DNA of 64,000 nt from Atractiella rhizophila (lineage: Eukaryota), in assembly GCA_021432655.1 (NCBI GenBank), contig MU271443.1, forward strand, positions 1 through 64,000. The letters run 5' to 3'. Positions 27,277 to 40,830 of this stretch are shown in pieces. Each line of letters begins with the position of its first letter. The first letter of the stretch is position 1. The notes beneath the pieces were generated by a model. It had not been told where the DNA came from and ran no database searches. It was given only the letters and a program-made list of their open reading frames with translations. Both the position numbers and the translations under genes were made by a program.

Positions 27277-28061
27277 ATGCGCCGTTTTCAATGCACTGCA
27301 GTTTTCGCACCTTAAATGGAACTCAAACGCTCCAAGGCGAGGTCGACCTGCTTTAGCGAAGAATATTTTGGCAGCGCGTAAGAGACAACGTCCTGCTTGC
27401 AGCCTGCTGGTTTTGCGAACACCGTTGGAACGGTAGCGGCCACAGAAGAAAATGGTTGGCGTGTTACTGATAAATATGCTGATTGATAGGATAGTACGCT
27501 TAAAGCGATTCTCAAGCTCTTCGAGTGTGTGTCGTCTGTCTGTTTTTCTTGCTGTGTACTACGATCTGCGGTACCGATGTTATGCCCCGCTCCTCTCAAT
27601 ACTCAAGCAACAACACATTGTATCATCATGTCCACATGCAATTTGTATGTTTTGTTGCGTCGAGCATTGCTGACAGCCTAAAGCTGCCAAAATGTGCATT
27701 GCAGAACAACTTCCTCCATGCTTGTGCGCATGGCCTTCCTGGATCGGCGGGATTGAGGATTGAGTGGAGTTACTCAGGATGATTGTGACATGAATTATTA
27801 TGTCCTGACAATAGATTGCTAAGGATACACCTTTGACCGTATGAGAGCCAAGTGCAAGATACAAGACGCAACAGAACACGTTCAAATGCCGACACAACAA
27901 CAACCATGTGTGAGTCCAAATAAAGAATAACAAAGAGTTGTGGATGTCAAAAAATGAAATGATTAAGAGAGGCTCAAAGACGGCGTGATGATAGAGGAAC
28001 GATGATAAGATTGAGATAACGGAGGAGATGACATGACAACAAAGCTGAAGGTGTAGGAGAT

Positions 28062-29412
28062 TTAGCCGAACAAGGACGAAGTTTGAGAAGTCGAGGAGGA
28101 AGGCGATCGCATCATGTCAAGACTAGCGAAGTAGGGTGTGAAGTAGTCGTGCTCTAAAGCTCTCTTTGCTGAAATCCGTTTTGCCGCATGATATCTGAGC
28201 ATACGCTGTATGCAGCTGGTGATCAGCGTAGATACAAGGATATGGAAGTGAGGAAAAGCTGACCATGATGAGGTCATGAGCATCCATCTCCAGATCTTCG
28301 ACCTCGCGGTAAAGCCCTCGTCCATTCCATTTGGGAAAGTTGGGCTTGTATTGAGGGAGGTTCTTGATGTCTGGCCACATCTCCTCAGTTGGGGTGCCGA
28401 GAATCCTTTACCAAACTCTTTCAACCAGAGAAACACAACCTTCGAAGGGAGACGCACTGAAAGATCTTGAATATTTCGTCAATCTCTGAATCTCCACCAA
28501 AGAGAGGCTTTCCGGTCATCATCTCGACGATGATACAGCCAACGGACCACATATCTACAGCGGTATTATACCCTCTTTGTCCAAGGAGGACTTCTGGAGG
28601 ACGATACCAAAGTGTGACAATCTAAAAGCCCGTCAGCTCTTCAAGGAGGGAAAGCGTGAAACTGAAGATACCTCATGAGTGTAAGCTCGCATAGGAAGCG
28701 TGAAAGTACGAGCCAGCCCTAAGTCGGCAATCTTAATGTCTCCAGACGAGGAGACAAGGATGTTCTCTGGTTTTAAGTCGCGATGAATGATTCGACGGCT
28801 GTGGCAGTAGCGGATGCCTTCGCAAAGTTGGAAGGAGTATTTCTGCAACATAGACAGCTTATTTACAATCACAGAAAGAGAAAAGGGCCAACTAACTCGA
28901 ACCGTTTCCTTGGGCAACGTTTGTAGCTTCCGAATGTAACGTTTGAGGTCTGATTCGAGAAAATCAAAGATAAGGTAGAGTTGAGGACCGTCATGAATCA
29001 AAGCTCTGAGCCTTTACAGCAAGTAGACAGTGAATAACGCGTCCCTGACCGTATTACAGGACGGAAAGACGAACCCAACGACGTAAGGATGATCCATCTC
29101 TTTCAGGATCGAAATCTCTCTAATCGCAGTGCTCGGAACTCCCTCGTCGTCATTATCCAACTTGACTTTCTTCAATGCTATTAAAGAACCATCTTCCAAG
29201 TCTCGACCTTTGTATACGATGCCTGTCCCAACAGCCCATTTCAGTTTTCGGGAGGCGACGCTCACTTCACAAACGAGTACATACCATATGTTCCTATTGC
29301 CATTCCATCTTATCAGCACGAACAGAAGGCGGAGGAGACAAAACGCGCCTTCACCAATCTTATCGTGCCTCTCGTACTTGGTGCCAATGATCTTTATGCT
29401 TCTCCCAGCCAT
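28062..29412 (-). CDS. PSTAIRE cyclin-dependent kinase (Cdk1/Cdc28-like, divergent)
   Basis: [60 protein letters not shown]. Confidence 0.88.
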
Positions 29413-29883
29413 CCTCTCGAAAGGTGTTCAAAACGGTGGAACTGAGCTGGATTGGACAGTGCTTGGAAAAAGGCGCCTCGAAGACAGTAAGTAAGGACGT
29501 TGACGGTGGTGCATTAGTGCAGGCGGAGACCCCTTTTAGAGGCGGCAGGCTTGGGAATATCTTCCCGCACTTGTGAGACATCGTCCCGTTATGTGTTGGT
29601 TTGCCACCACCGCGAATATTTACTGCGCAAATGGACTGCATTACGTTTTTGTCCAATCCTGCGTCAAATAGACAGAAGAGGTATCATTTGCATTTGCAGG
29701 TTGAAGACAGTTGTAACAGCAGACACCAAGTGCCAATATCATCCAAAAGTGGAGTCGAAGGACCAAAAAAATCCAAGAAACTTGAAATACGTATCGAAAT
29801 AAGTCCATGTACGATCATGATAAAGCACAAAATGAACACATCATCGTTGTTCTGTTCTATGGAGGATAAGGGATCAATGTCTA

Positions 29884-32800
29884 CTAGGTCGAACGAGGCC
29901 GGTAACTCCAGATTCTCGCGACCTGATCTCCGCTACCAGATGCGATCATATCACCAGATTTCGAAATGGATATCGAGATGACTACCGTGAAAGCGGTAAG
30001 AGAATAACCTGTATTGAGATGGAAAGACGAACCTGAATTGCGGTGACCGTGCAAGACGAGTTGGGGTACGCCGTTGAAATCCCAAATCTGCACAGCGCGA
30101 TCTTTCGAGCCAGAAACGATCCATTGTCCATCAGCTGAATAACCGACAGACAGTACATAATCCTTCAAACCATGACGGTCAGCAAGATTTATGCATGGAG
30201 AGCTAGCGTTACCCTGTGTCCTGTAAAAGTGTTAATGCAAGGTATCCTGACTGTACCATGTTTGATATCGCTTTCGCTGGCAGTAGCAAACTGCTCCAGG
30301 CTCCAGACTTTGAGGGTCTTGTCCAAACTTCCGCTGACAAGTCGTTGACCGTCAGGTGAAAAGGCGACAGAATAAACCGAATCTCGATGTCCTCTCAACA
30401 GCTCCACGAGCTCGCCACTGTTCGCGTCCCATACTCGAATGACGGTGTCAAGATTTCCAGCTGCTATCCACCTTCCATTAGGAGAAAACGCAACGCTCGT
30501 AACGCCAGCATCTGGATGATCATCTGCTTCCGTCTGGATTTCGAAGACATGGACTGGTGCGATGTTGTTCGATTCCATATCCCAGACGCGAGCGGTACGA
30601 TCTCCTGAACCAGAAACAAGACGGTGACCGCTGGGAGAGAACGCGAGAGCGTAGATTTCGGAGATGTGACCAACAAATGTGCGGACTGCCTGTCGAGTTT
30701 GCATATCCCACACCTGAAATCATTGTATTGAGTAACCGCAAAGAGTTTGATGAGGAAGGAGCGGATACCCTAATGGTGCGATCCTCAGATCCTGTAGCTA
30801 GCAACCGGCCGTCTGGTGAGAAGCAGATGCTTCGGACATAATTGTCACCATTTCTATCCGATGTCGGTTCATGGTTGAATATGCTGTTCTCCAATTTATT
30901 ATCCTAGATCACATCTGAAGCGCTTATGAACTCACTGTGTTCGGACACCAGTTTGCGTGTCATAAAGATAGACGGATTTATTACACCCGACTGCCAACAG
31001 TTTTCCATCGGGCGAAAAATGGACACAGCAAACCACACTGTCCAACACAAATCTCAGCCCGCATTACGTTAAGAAAGTGGAGAAGGCGAACCTATCCATC
31101 GTGAAGTTGTGGAGGCTGTCGACATCTAAAGCCTTGACCACCTGTCGATTAAACTGGGCGAACCAGTTGTCTCCCTGCTGACTATAATCTTCCATCCCTA
31201 CATGGTTCGCTGTCGCTTCTTCCGCAAGACCAGTGGATCCATTACTGGACCTCGTCGGATTAGGTTGTGAAGTGGGTGGTTGAACCATCTGACCGCTATA
31301 CCTATGTCGATGGGAAGATTCTTCGTTCACCTGGTAGGAATGAGGAGAGTGAGCTGTCGAGCTAGATGAGGGCCGGGCGGGTTGGATTTCCGGTGGGATC
31401 GGAGGCGGGGCAATGCTATTTACATGCATGGGGGGAAAATGGGAGTGAGGTTGGGATTGGGATTGGGTAGAACCATACATGGCGGGCTGACTACTCGATG
31501 GCCCGGTCAGGGATGACTGGCGGTTGGCGGCGTATGGTGTTGGCTGTGTGAGTTGGCCTAACAACGACAGGAAGGTGCAATTAGTGACGAAGTTCGGAAT
31601 GGAGGTAGGTAAAGAGGAATGGAACGGAAGCAACGGAATCGAATGGAGTAAACAATAATTCCATGAGCTATCTCTCCTCGATCTTTACAAGAAGTGAAAG
31701 TAAGAAAAATGGACGGCTTGAATTCACTTTTGGATAGCGTGGGAGTGGTAAGCAATGGATTTGAAGTGGACATCTGAGAAGAAAAACGTTTTACAAAAAC
31801 TCCCGTTCCTGTCGAATGATGTCAGCAAGACTTCATTTCTCTAACTGAGACGTTGGATAGACGATGGATAATGATACAAGGTAGTAATTTTCCAGCCAAA
31901 GAGACAAACAAAACCGTGGTGCAGAAAAAAGGTTCACCACTCTGCTCGAACATTACTATTTTGATGAACGCTGTGCGCACCGGGTTCTTTCTCTCTCCCA
32001 CCTTTTCCTGAACTACTTCCACTCCCCTTTATCATCGAGGACGAGGGAGGCAGAGGGTGATGGCTAGCAGAGCTGTGCGGACGGCCCATTGCGAGTCCAG
32101 GAGGCATACCGTTCGAATAAGGGGAGCAGGCATCGCATCTCTACCAGGAAGGGCTGGGTCTGTCCGCATCCTCTTGTTCGGAAGGTCAGGTTCTTGCTCC
32201 CTCTCCCTCTCCCTTCTGTCGCGAGGGTGTGCGTCTTCTATTCGAGTGGCGCTCGACGGTTGCATACCGTTAGGACCGTTCGAATAATGACTGGAATGAT
32301 GTGAAGGCGGAGGAGGGGCTGATTGTAACGATCCTGGATGTTGAAGAGATCCGTGGGAAACGACGGCAGTGCCGTAGTCGGAAACTGGAGGAGGGCCACC
32401 GCGATTGATCACGCCGCCAAAAAGGTTCTGACCACCGTGCCCGACAGTAGGTGGCTCGTCATGACCATGTCCCAGTCGTCCAGAACGGTGCGATCCTCCT
32501 TTCTGCAACTCGAGTTGTCGGGTAAGGTCTTCGATGCGTGCTTCATAGCTGATCGCTCTGTCAACACTTGGTGCACAAATAGATTGAGATAAGACTCGCC
32601 TGTTGACTGTTCGCTGATGCTCATCCTTTATATCCACCAAGGCTTGTCGAATGGTGTTGAGTTGTTGGATCTGCTCGGTGACTGTTACAAATCACAAGTG
32701 AGCAAACAGAGGTCAGTTGGATCAATTCACGTGGAGAGGACGTGGTGCATCGGATCGAGCAACGATTAATTATTCTCCTATTCCGATTGCAAATAACCTC

Positions 32801-33290
32801 CGACGCCAAAAATTAAGGTTGGCACTTAGTTCAACTGGCACCTCGTTGTTCCAACTTTTGACAGTTCGTCAATTCCTTCAGCCCTCCAGCTGCTGATGAG
32901 GAAAATGATGTGAGTGATCCTCAAAACAACAAGACCAACAGCTCACTAAGGCTTTCAAGAAGCGTAACAACATGCAGCGCGGTAGCACGGGGGAATATTG
33001 CGCCATGTCCATGTCCGACCCACATCCCAAATCAAACGCTCACCTTTCCCCTCGAATTCCTCCCTCTCATGTCTCATACCCACCAATTCAGTCTCCAAAG
33101 CCTCCGCTTCCCCTCTCAACATATCTAAAACAGCCGTCAGCGGCCTTGGCTGAGGTTGTCCAGGCGGTAACGAAGCGTGCATCATGAGCGGAGGGGGAGG
33201 GGGACCATTTGCGCTCGCTGGAGGTTGGCGGGAGGATTGGGAGGGAGGTCCTTGTGGAATGATGGCTCGATGCTGATACGTATGTGACAT
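29884..33290 (-). CDS. TUP1: Transcriptional corepressor Tup1 (N-terminal Tup_N coiled coil + C-terminal WD40 repeats)
   Basis: LDMLRGEAE...[87 protein letters not shown]. Confidence 0.9.
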
Positions 33291-34608
33291 TTACGTGTCC
33301 GAAGCTTTGAGAAGTAAAGAAACGAAAGTAGAATTCGGTCGTGTTTTCGTGTTCGTGGCTCGTTGGTTGTCGAAGATTAGCATTAGAGTTAGATGGTTGC
33401 GGCGATTACTATTTTAGGCGAACAAAAGAAGTCCTTCCCGCCGGCAACCCCGCTATCGCTCTTCCGCAGCAAATCCGATCTCGTTTTGTGTTTCTGTTGT
33501 TCAAGTGGGACACGACTTGACATGGTCATCAATCTCGTTCTTGGGGTACACGACAGAATTTACGCTTGAATTGTTGAGGAGGAACAGCCGCCAACATTCT
33601 CTGAGTATTGGGGAAAGATCCGAGATGGAGACATCAAATCCTCCGTGAGTCCTGTTTTCAATACCTCTCGATAGTTCCTCGACGCCGAAAGCCCTACACC
33701 GGAATTCGTCAAGGCCGTCACTGAAGCTGAAGCTGGTTGAAGCAAGATCCCAGGATTGGATTACAGCTGGCCCAGGCAGAGAGGAAGAGATGGAATGGGT
33801 ACAGCAGTTTCTCGTTGTTACATGTTTCTATTTCTGTCCGCTCTCTGCTTATTCTAACGTTGTTCTCAATCGCGGTATGTCCGCATGCAAGGAAATAATG
33901 TTGAGCAAGAATTGGGAAGAGAAACAGTGTGGCTTCAAAGTCGTGATCCCAGACCATCGGACGATGCCTGAAACTGAAACGTTTGCATGTTGACGCACTC
34001 GGGTAACACCGACGCTCTGACCGAACAACAAGGGAAGATGCTGTCCCTTGTGCTGGGATCAGTTTGGAGCTCTGGAGATCTGAAGGGATCAGCGCGCGAT
34101 CGCTGGATGGCTTTCGGCAAGTGGCCACCAGTCTCTGGCGCGAGCTGGGGTCAACACGGCATGTTTTTGGTGACTTGTGCTTGAGTTGCGAGATGGTTGC
34201 AGGGCGAAGAATGCTCGCGGCAACGGACATGTGTGAAGGAAGTCATGAAACGATTTGGAACGGACTCGTCTTTTTTTGCCGACGAGAAGGTTCCGAGAAC
34301 GACAAGGGTACATAAAGACCCCTGTCCTCGCTGCGCTCTTTTTCCCCCAAAGCATTTGTGCGCCAGCGGAATCTTCGGTCTTATCCCTTCCCTTCGATTT
34401 TCAAGGCTTCAGCCACAAAGGCTTTCATTCGTCCTTTCGAGAGCTTGGTCCTCTACCTTCCTTTTCATACACTCCTTGACTTTGAGAGCCAACCCACGAG
34501 TACTGCCGATTTTCTAGAGACGCCAGTCGCCCAACTAGATCATCTTTTATCAATCGTTCTACTCAAGTTTCATCAGCTTTTTCACCAGCCAACTTTTTGA
34601 TTCACAAG

Positions 34609-36067
34609 ATGAAGTTCTCTCAAGCCATCGCTCTCTCTTCTCTCGTCTCCGTCTCCTTCGCTCGAGGATTCTCCGTTAACGATGTTACCGGTATCTTCGC
34701 TCGTGAGTGTCACCTCGGTAGTAGATTACATGGGAGCTGACGAGTGCACCGTAGGCCAGAACCAGAATGGCCGAAACCGCGGTGGCAATAACGGTGGAAA
34801 CAACGGCAACACTGGCAACACCGGTGGAAATCAGCAGAACTCCAACCTCTGTCTCGTCAACGCTGTCATCAACACCGGAGCGGAGAAGGATGGAACTGGA
34901 AACGCCTCCAACAAGTTCTCGATCGCCTCTGCCACTTCCAACAACAACTTTATCAACGACTGTGCGCAGACTCACTCCAACTTGGTACGTCCTTGTCCCC
35001 TTGATTTATCGGGATGAAGGAGTTTTTGATGTCGCACGAAGGCTATCACCAATGGTATCCAAGTCTCGGACTCGACTTGCAACCCCATCCCCATGGGTGT
35101 GATTCCCTCGACGAAGAACCTCCCCTCGAGCAAGTTCACGTTCCCCCAGAACTTTGGCAGTGAGTTCCCTTCACACAGTCTATCAAAGCATAACCTGACT
35201 GGTCTTATCCAGCCATCCAAGCCAACACCGACTTCTCGTTCAAGCTGAAAGTCAACAACCTCCAAGCTGGCGCCTTCACCTCCGCCGCGGAGACTTACTA
35301 CACCGCACCGTGCGTGACGAATGCCGACGGAAACATTGTCGGTCACGTTCACGTCGTCGCCCAGAAGATGAGCGCCATCGACTCTACCGAAATCCTCGAC
35401 CCCAACACCTTCGCCTTCTTCCTTGGCATCGACGATCCTCAGGACGCCAATGGAGAGCTCACCGCCGCCGTCACCGGTGGTCTTGACGCCGGAGTATACA
35501 GGGTCTCCACCATCACCTCGTGCATGAACCATCGTCAGTTCTTATTCCCTTGTTGGTTGGTTATGAATTGCTGACTGATTCCTGTCTGAAGAAATGATCA
35601 ACGGTCCTAAGGCTCAGCGAGGAACTTTTGAGGACTCCGTTTACTTCACCGTTGCTGCTGGTAACGGAAACAATGGTGGAAACAACGGCGGTAACAATGG
35701 AGGAAACACTGGCGGTAACACTGGTGGAAACACTGGTAACAACGGTGGAAACACTGGCAACAATGGCGGAAACACTGGTAACAACGGCGGAAACAACGGC
35801 GGAAACACTGGCAACAACGGTGGCAACACTGGAAACAATGGTGCCAGCACCGGAAACAACGGTGGCAACACTGGAAACAACGGTGGAAACACTGGAAACA
35901 CTGGTGGCAACACTGGAGGAAGCACCAACCCCCCCACGTGAGTATTCCTTTCTTCTCCTTCCGACAACTCCAAAGGCTGATTTTTGTGGAATAATAGTTG
36001 CAAGCGACGAAGGAACCGATCTCGCCGTCTCGCCGCCCGTGCCCTCGACTTGGAGGCTGCCCTCTAA
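34609..36067 (+). CDS. Secreted conserved fungal protein with Gly/Asn/Thr repeat tail
   Basis: Signal peptide MKFSQAIALSSLVSVSFA; SATSNNNFINDC, CNPIPMGVIPS, GHVHVV and AQRG motifs; GNNGGNT repeats; basic C-terminus. Confidence 0.78.
35660..35920 (+). repeat. Coding low-complexity tandem repeat (GNNGGNT)n
   Basis: Imperfect 12-nt and 21-nt units such as GGAAACAACGGTGGCAACACT. Confidence 0.9.
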
Positions 36068-36532
36068 ACGGGTTCTGATGTAGAAAGAGCACTGATTTCG
36101 AATTTCATTTGCTGGTTGAAAGCTGGTACTCTTCGTAGTCCTTTAACTATTTCTTTCCCCTTCTCTTTTGACCTCTTTGATGCCTTGCGTACCTCGTCAC
36201 GATCGTTCTGGCTCGCTCTTGGTAGTGGGTTAAGTCGCATTGCAATTAGTATTATCTCTGTTGAGGTGTTGTTGCAATGCTGAAGTTTCGTGGATTTCAA
36301 TCAAAACACAAGTCGGGTGTGTTCCTTTCGTGAGGCAAAGAAGGATACAGATGAGGCAAATAAGATGTTCTGAGTGAACTTGAAACATGGAAGCAGCATA
36401 CGGAAAGGACGAATAAAGTGACCATAAACTTTCTACGATAGCAATTGCGTACAAGCTAATGGCTACAAGCGGATTTATGCACAAAGGGATCATTTACGAC
36501 CTTTATCGTGTTCGTCAAGGCTCTAAGGAACG

Positions 36533-38092
36533 TTAAAGCTTCGAATCTCTCGTCTTCATCAGTATGCGTTCAGTTGAGTTGAGCATCCCTCTGTTTCCCG
36601 CCCCGCCTCCCAAATCAACATCTTCTTCCTTCATTGATGGCACTGAGGACGGGATTGAAAAGACGCTCACTTGCTCCCCGACCAGATCTCGGACCCTCCC
36701 TCCTTTGAGTCCAGCAACGATGTTGTCCAGTGCCCTCACTTCCATCTTGTGCTGCGACTCTTGTGTTTCCGTTCCCATGTGCGGAAGTAAGGCGACGGAA
36801 GGATGCGTCAGAAGCCGCGGGTTGATGGCTGGCTCGTCAGGGAAGACGTCCAGACCGGCAGATTTTAGCTAGCATCCAGAAACACGCATGAGCAGGGCTG
36901 AAAGGTATGAAGGGAGAACAAATTGTACTTTTCCGCTGTCCAACGCTTCAAGCATCGCCTCCTCGTCTACCACAGCACCTCTTGCAGTGTTTACGAGGCA
37001 GCTCCCATCCTTCATCCACCCAAACTCGCGCTTTCCGAATGAGCCCTTGGTCTTCTCATTCAGTGGAAGGTTGAGGGAAACGACGTCCGACGTTTCTAGC
37101 AATTCTTGAAGGGTCGAAACGTAGGTCACGTTCGACGAATTTAGAGGAGCTTTGAAGGAGTTTGGGGCGATTGGACGACGGTTGTGGTATTGGATCTTCA
37201 TGGAGAAACCCAAGGCTCGGATAGCTAATGACTTCATTTCCCGACACGATTGTGTTTAGCAAACATTGCGAAGATAAGGAATGGGGCAAACCTGGCCGAT
37301 CCCTCCCATACCAACTATACCCAACACCTTCTCTTCCGGATCGTTAGCCGGCTTGATCCCCTCTTTGAACTTGCCTACCCACAATCTCATTCAGCTAGCT
37401 CTGCATCACGAAAAAATTAACACGGACCGGCACGAGCATTAATCTCAGCTCTCTGATAACCCCTCAGTGCTCCAAGAAGCAGGTACATCGCAGTCGTTGC
37501 AGTCGCGTCGTCCACCGCTGACGGGGTATTTGAAACTTGGATTCCTGCATCAAACACGCTTCATTGTTCAGGTACATTAGAGGAAAGAGAGGCACGTACT
37601 GCGATCGGTACAGGCTTGAACATCAATCTGGTCGTAGCCTGCTCCATTGTGGCACAAGAACTTGAGGCTCTTTGGCAAGCGTTCTACTAGCTCTTGATCC
37701 TGTAATTTATGCCATTAAGCAGCTGTGGGGAGGTACAGGTGGGTGGTCGACTTACAAAGATGCCAATCTGAGACGTGGAGTTATTGTGGCGATAGATTGC
37801 CACTATGTCTCCAAATTTGCCGGATGGAGAACAGTCTTGGAAGAATTCTTCTCGCGAGCTCGAGGTGAGTGGCTACAGAAGGAGAGGGTCAGGATCTACT
37901 TCTAGAGTTTCGAATAGCTCTTTTGACGAATTAAATGCCATCGTGTTGCATTTCCAGCGCTTTGACTCGTGAGAAGCACGTTCCTGTGAAGAAGACGGAA
38001 ATCCTTCTCCAACGATCAAGGAATAGTGCTCTTCCTTCATGGGATTCGCAGATAAGGATTTTCAAGCTGGAGAACTCACCAAAGCCACCCAT
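36533..38092 (-). CDS. D-isomer-specific 2-hydroxyacid dehydrogenase (glyoxylate/2-ketogluconate reductase-like)
   Basis: HNGAGYDQID, LGIVGMGGIG, SLNLPLN, VNTARGAVVDE, GLDVFPDEP, LLPHMGT. Confidence 0.9.
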
Positions 38093-38423
38093 CCATCGTT
38101 CTTCTCCAGCGCTTCAATCTCCTTGTGTGCCCAAACAATCTCACCACAAATTAAGACTTTATAAACCATCCTTGCTCGTCAGTGCTCGATAAACAATGGC
38201 CCCTGGATAATAGGCGGTATCAGGAACTGGGATGCCTTATATGGGCCCGCCACCCGCACCCCACCCATTTCTCACAATCACTCTTCAAATGCCCGCGAGC
38301 GGAAGAGGCGACTCTTCTGCCGGTGCCGGCATTTGCTTCCAGCTGAACCAGAGTGGAGAACCATAAAATGGCGACCATTAGAAGCCTCAGCATAACTCTT
38401 TCTTTGGAATTCTGGAAGCAGGA

Positions 38424-39690
38424 ATGGCTGGGCTCACACCGAAAGTACCTGTGTTGGATCTGTTCAATCTCAAAGGCCAATTAGCGCTCGTTACGGGTGC
38501 GTCTTTATTCTCCGCCGTTATCAAACCGGGAAGCTCACTTCGATCAATCTAAAGGGGGATCGAGGGGTATCGGACGAGCATGTGCCCTCGCGCTCGCAGA
38601 AGGTCTTTCTCCTATCTTTAGCCCCAAATTTCACTTCTGACATGAAGCATGCTGGTGTCGAACGGGTAAACAGCCGGGGCAGACATCATTCTTGCTTCAC
38701 GCACCTCCTCCTCTTGTTCGGAAACGAAGGCGGCGGTCGAGGCTGCGGGAAGGGAGTGCAGGATGTTGGAATGCGATTTAGGGGACCTTACGAAGGTAAA
38801 GACTTTGGTGGAGGACGCGGCGAAGCTTTGGGACGGAAGGAACGTAGACGTGGTGATCAATTGCGCGGGCATTCAGAGAAGGAATAATGCCGTTGAGTTT
38901 ACGGAAGAGGATTGGGATGAGGTGCGCCGTCGTTCTTCCTTCCTTTCAGATGAGCATTTGCTGATGATCAGCGTTGTATCGGTAGGTCATCAACGTCAAG
39001 TGCGCTTCTCCCACTTTGAAAGAAGCTCTAATTCACGAGGCTTGAGCAGCCTCAAATCCGTTTGGTTAATCTGTCAATCGGCAGGGCGCCACATGCTTCC
39101 TCGTCGAAGAGGAAAGATTATTAACGTCAGCCTTGCTTCTACTTCCCTCCAATCTCCTCTGCTTACTGGATTGGATTGGGAACAGTTTGCTTCTCTCCTC
39201 ACTTTCCAAGGCGGCATTCGCGTACCGGCCTATGCCGCTTCCAAAGGAGGTCTTGCGCAGTTCACGAAGGCATTGTCCAATGAGTGGGCTAAGGATAATG
39301 TCCAGGTCAATTGCATTGCGCCGGGGTATATTGATACGGATATGGTGCGTTTTAACCCTCCCCTCCACGTGATTCAAATATGGGGATTAATATCGAGGAG
39401 TAGAACGAAGCGCTCATCGCCGACCCAGTGAGGAGCAAGCAAATTAGCGAGCGAATTCCTGCTGGACGGTATGCCATCTTTTCTCTCCTCGTATCCTAAT
39501 TGAGAGGAGTGGTAATGACGTTTGATAAAGGTGGGGGACTCCAGAGGACTTTAAAGGCCCCGTTTTGTTTTTGGCCAGTCAAGCTAGTCAGTACATGAGC
39601 GGGGAAACGATTGTGGTTGATGGGGTTAGTGTCCTTTCTCTCATTTCCCGATGCGAGGCTGATGAGAGATAGGGATGGATGGGCCGTTGA
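38424..39690 (+). CDS. Short-chain dehydrogenase, KduD / 2-deoxy-D-gluconate 3-dehydrogenase-like
   Basis: [62 protein letters not shown]. Confidence 0.9.
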
Positions 39691-40049
39691 CCGGGAAATG
39701 GACATGGGCGAAAAGTCATGCACCGTTTACAGTGAGTAACCTTCTTTAGCCGAAGTTGAAGAGGGCTGATTAAGAGAGCCAGATGTAACTGTTGATATTC
39801 AAGTTTGGTATGAAAAGGCTATTCCTATTTCAGCTGACGAGGACGTGTCCTCCACGCCTGTCCTCCAACCGAAGCCAACGATTGCTTAGCCCGACGATAC
39901 TGCATTGAACCTTGCTCCGGACTGCATGACAGTGGGGTCTGGTTCACCTTAAATGGAGCAACATTTGAGCTTTCGACAACTCGGAGCAGTAAGTATCACC
40001 TGATAGCATTACAAAACAGATTTCACAATAAACCCACAAAGGGTTCAAA

Positions 40050-40830
40050 TCATGTTATATCATCATCGTCCCACTCGGGAGCTCCAATGGGATAACAGAG
40101 CCGAAAAGCGTCTTTAGCATTGAGGTAGAAGCGGAAGAGCCTCTTTTCACGAATGAAACCGAGCTTCTGATAGAGCGCGAGGGCGTTGGCATTGTCCACC
40201 TCAGTTTCCAGAATGATCTGCACCACAATCACTTCCGTCCGATCTCACTATCATTATAACGTCAGAAAAACGCACTTCTTGAGCCCCATCCAATTCCATT
40301 CTTTCAATGGCGAGGCCGACCAGTTTGCTGGCTAAGAGGTGGACTCACTCTCAACGACGATCGAGTGTAGAAAGGAAGACTTGCCAATCCCTTGTCCTCG
40401 ATAGGTGGGCTGGACGGAAAGCATAGCGATGTAACCGCGGTTCAACTTCCCACGATGGATATCCTGCTTGCAAACGATCGTTCCCACTGGTATCGACTCG
40501 TCATAAGCCTTCATAATGTGCATCAGGTAAGTAAGCTGAAGGGACGTAAACACTGACCATGAAACAAAGCTGTGGCCTTCTCGTCAATCAGAATAGTCTC
40601 ACCCGAGGCACAACTACATACCAACCATGGAGGAAGTATCGGTAGGTATAAATTACCTAGAAAGCGTTAGATCCGTCACACGTGATGTGGTAGCGCACAT
40701 ATGGTTCACTCAACTCATCTTGGATCAAAGATATTATTGCTGGAAGCTCAGTCTCCCCGTTGTACGCAGTGTATGTGATGAGTGGACGCTGTTTTCCATC
40801 TTCCTTGTCTGGTTGTCCTGATACTGACAT
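40050..40830 (-). CDS. MAK3: NatC N-terminal acetyltransferase catalytic subunit (Mak3/Naa30)
   Basis: [57 protein letters not shown]. Confidence 0.93.

Noticed and set aside
35628..36092. Overlapping alternative-frame ORFs over the GN repeat (Cys/His-rich and Pro-rich)
   Set aside because: Shadows of the low-complexity coding repeat.
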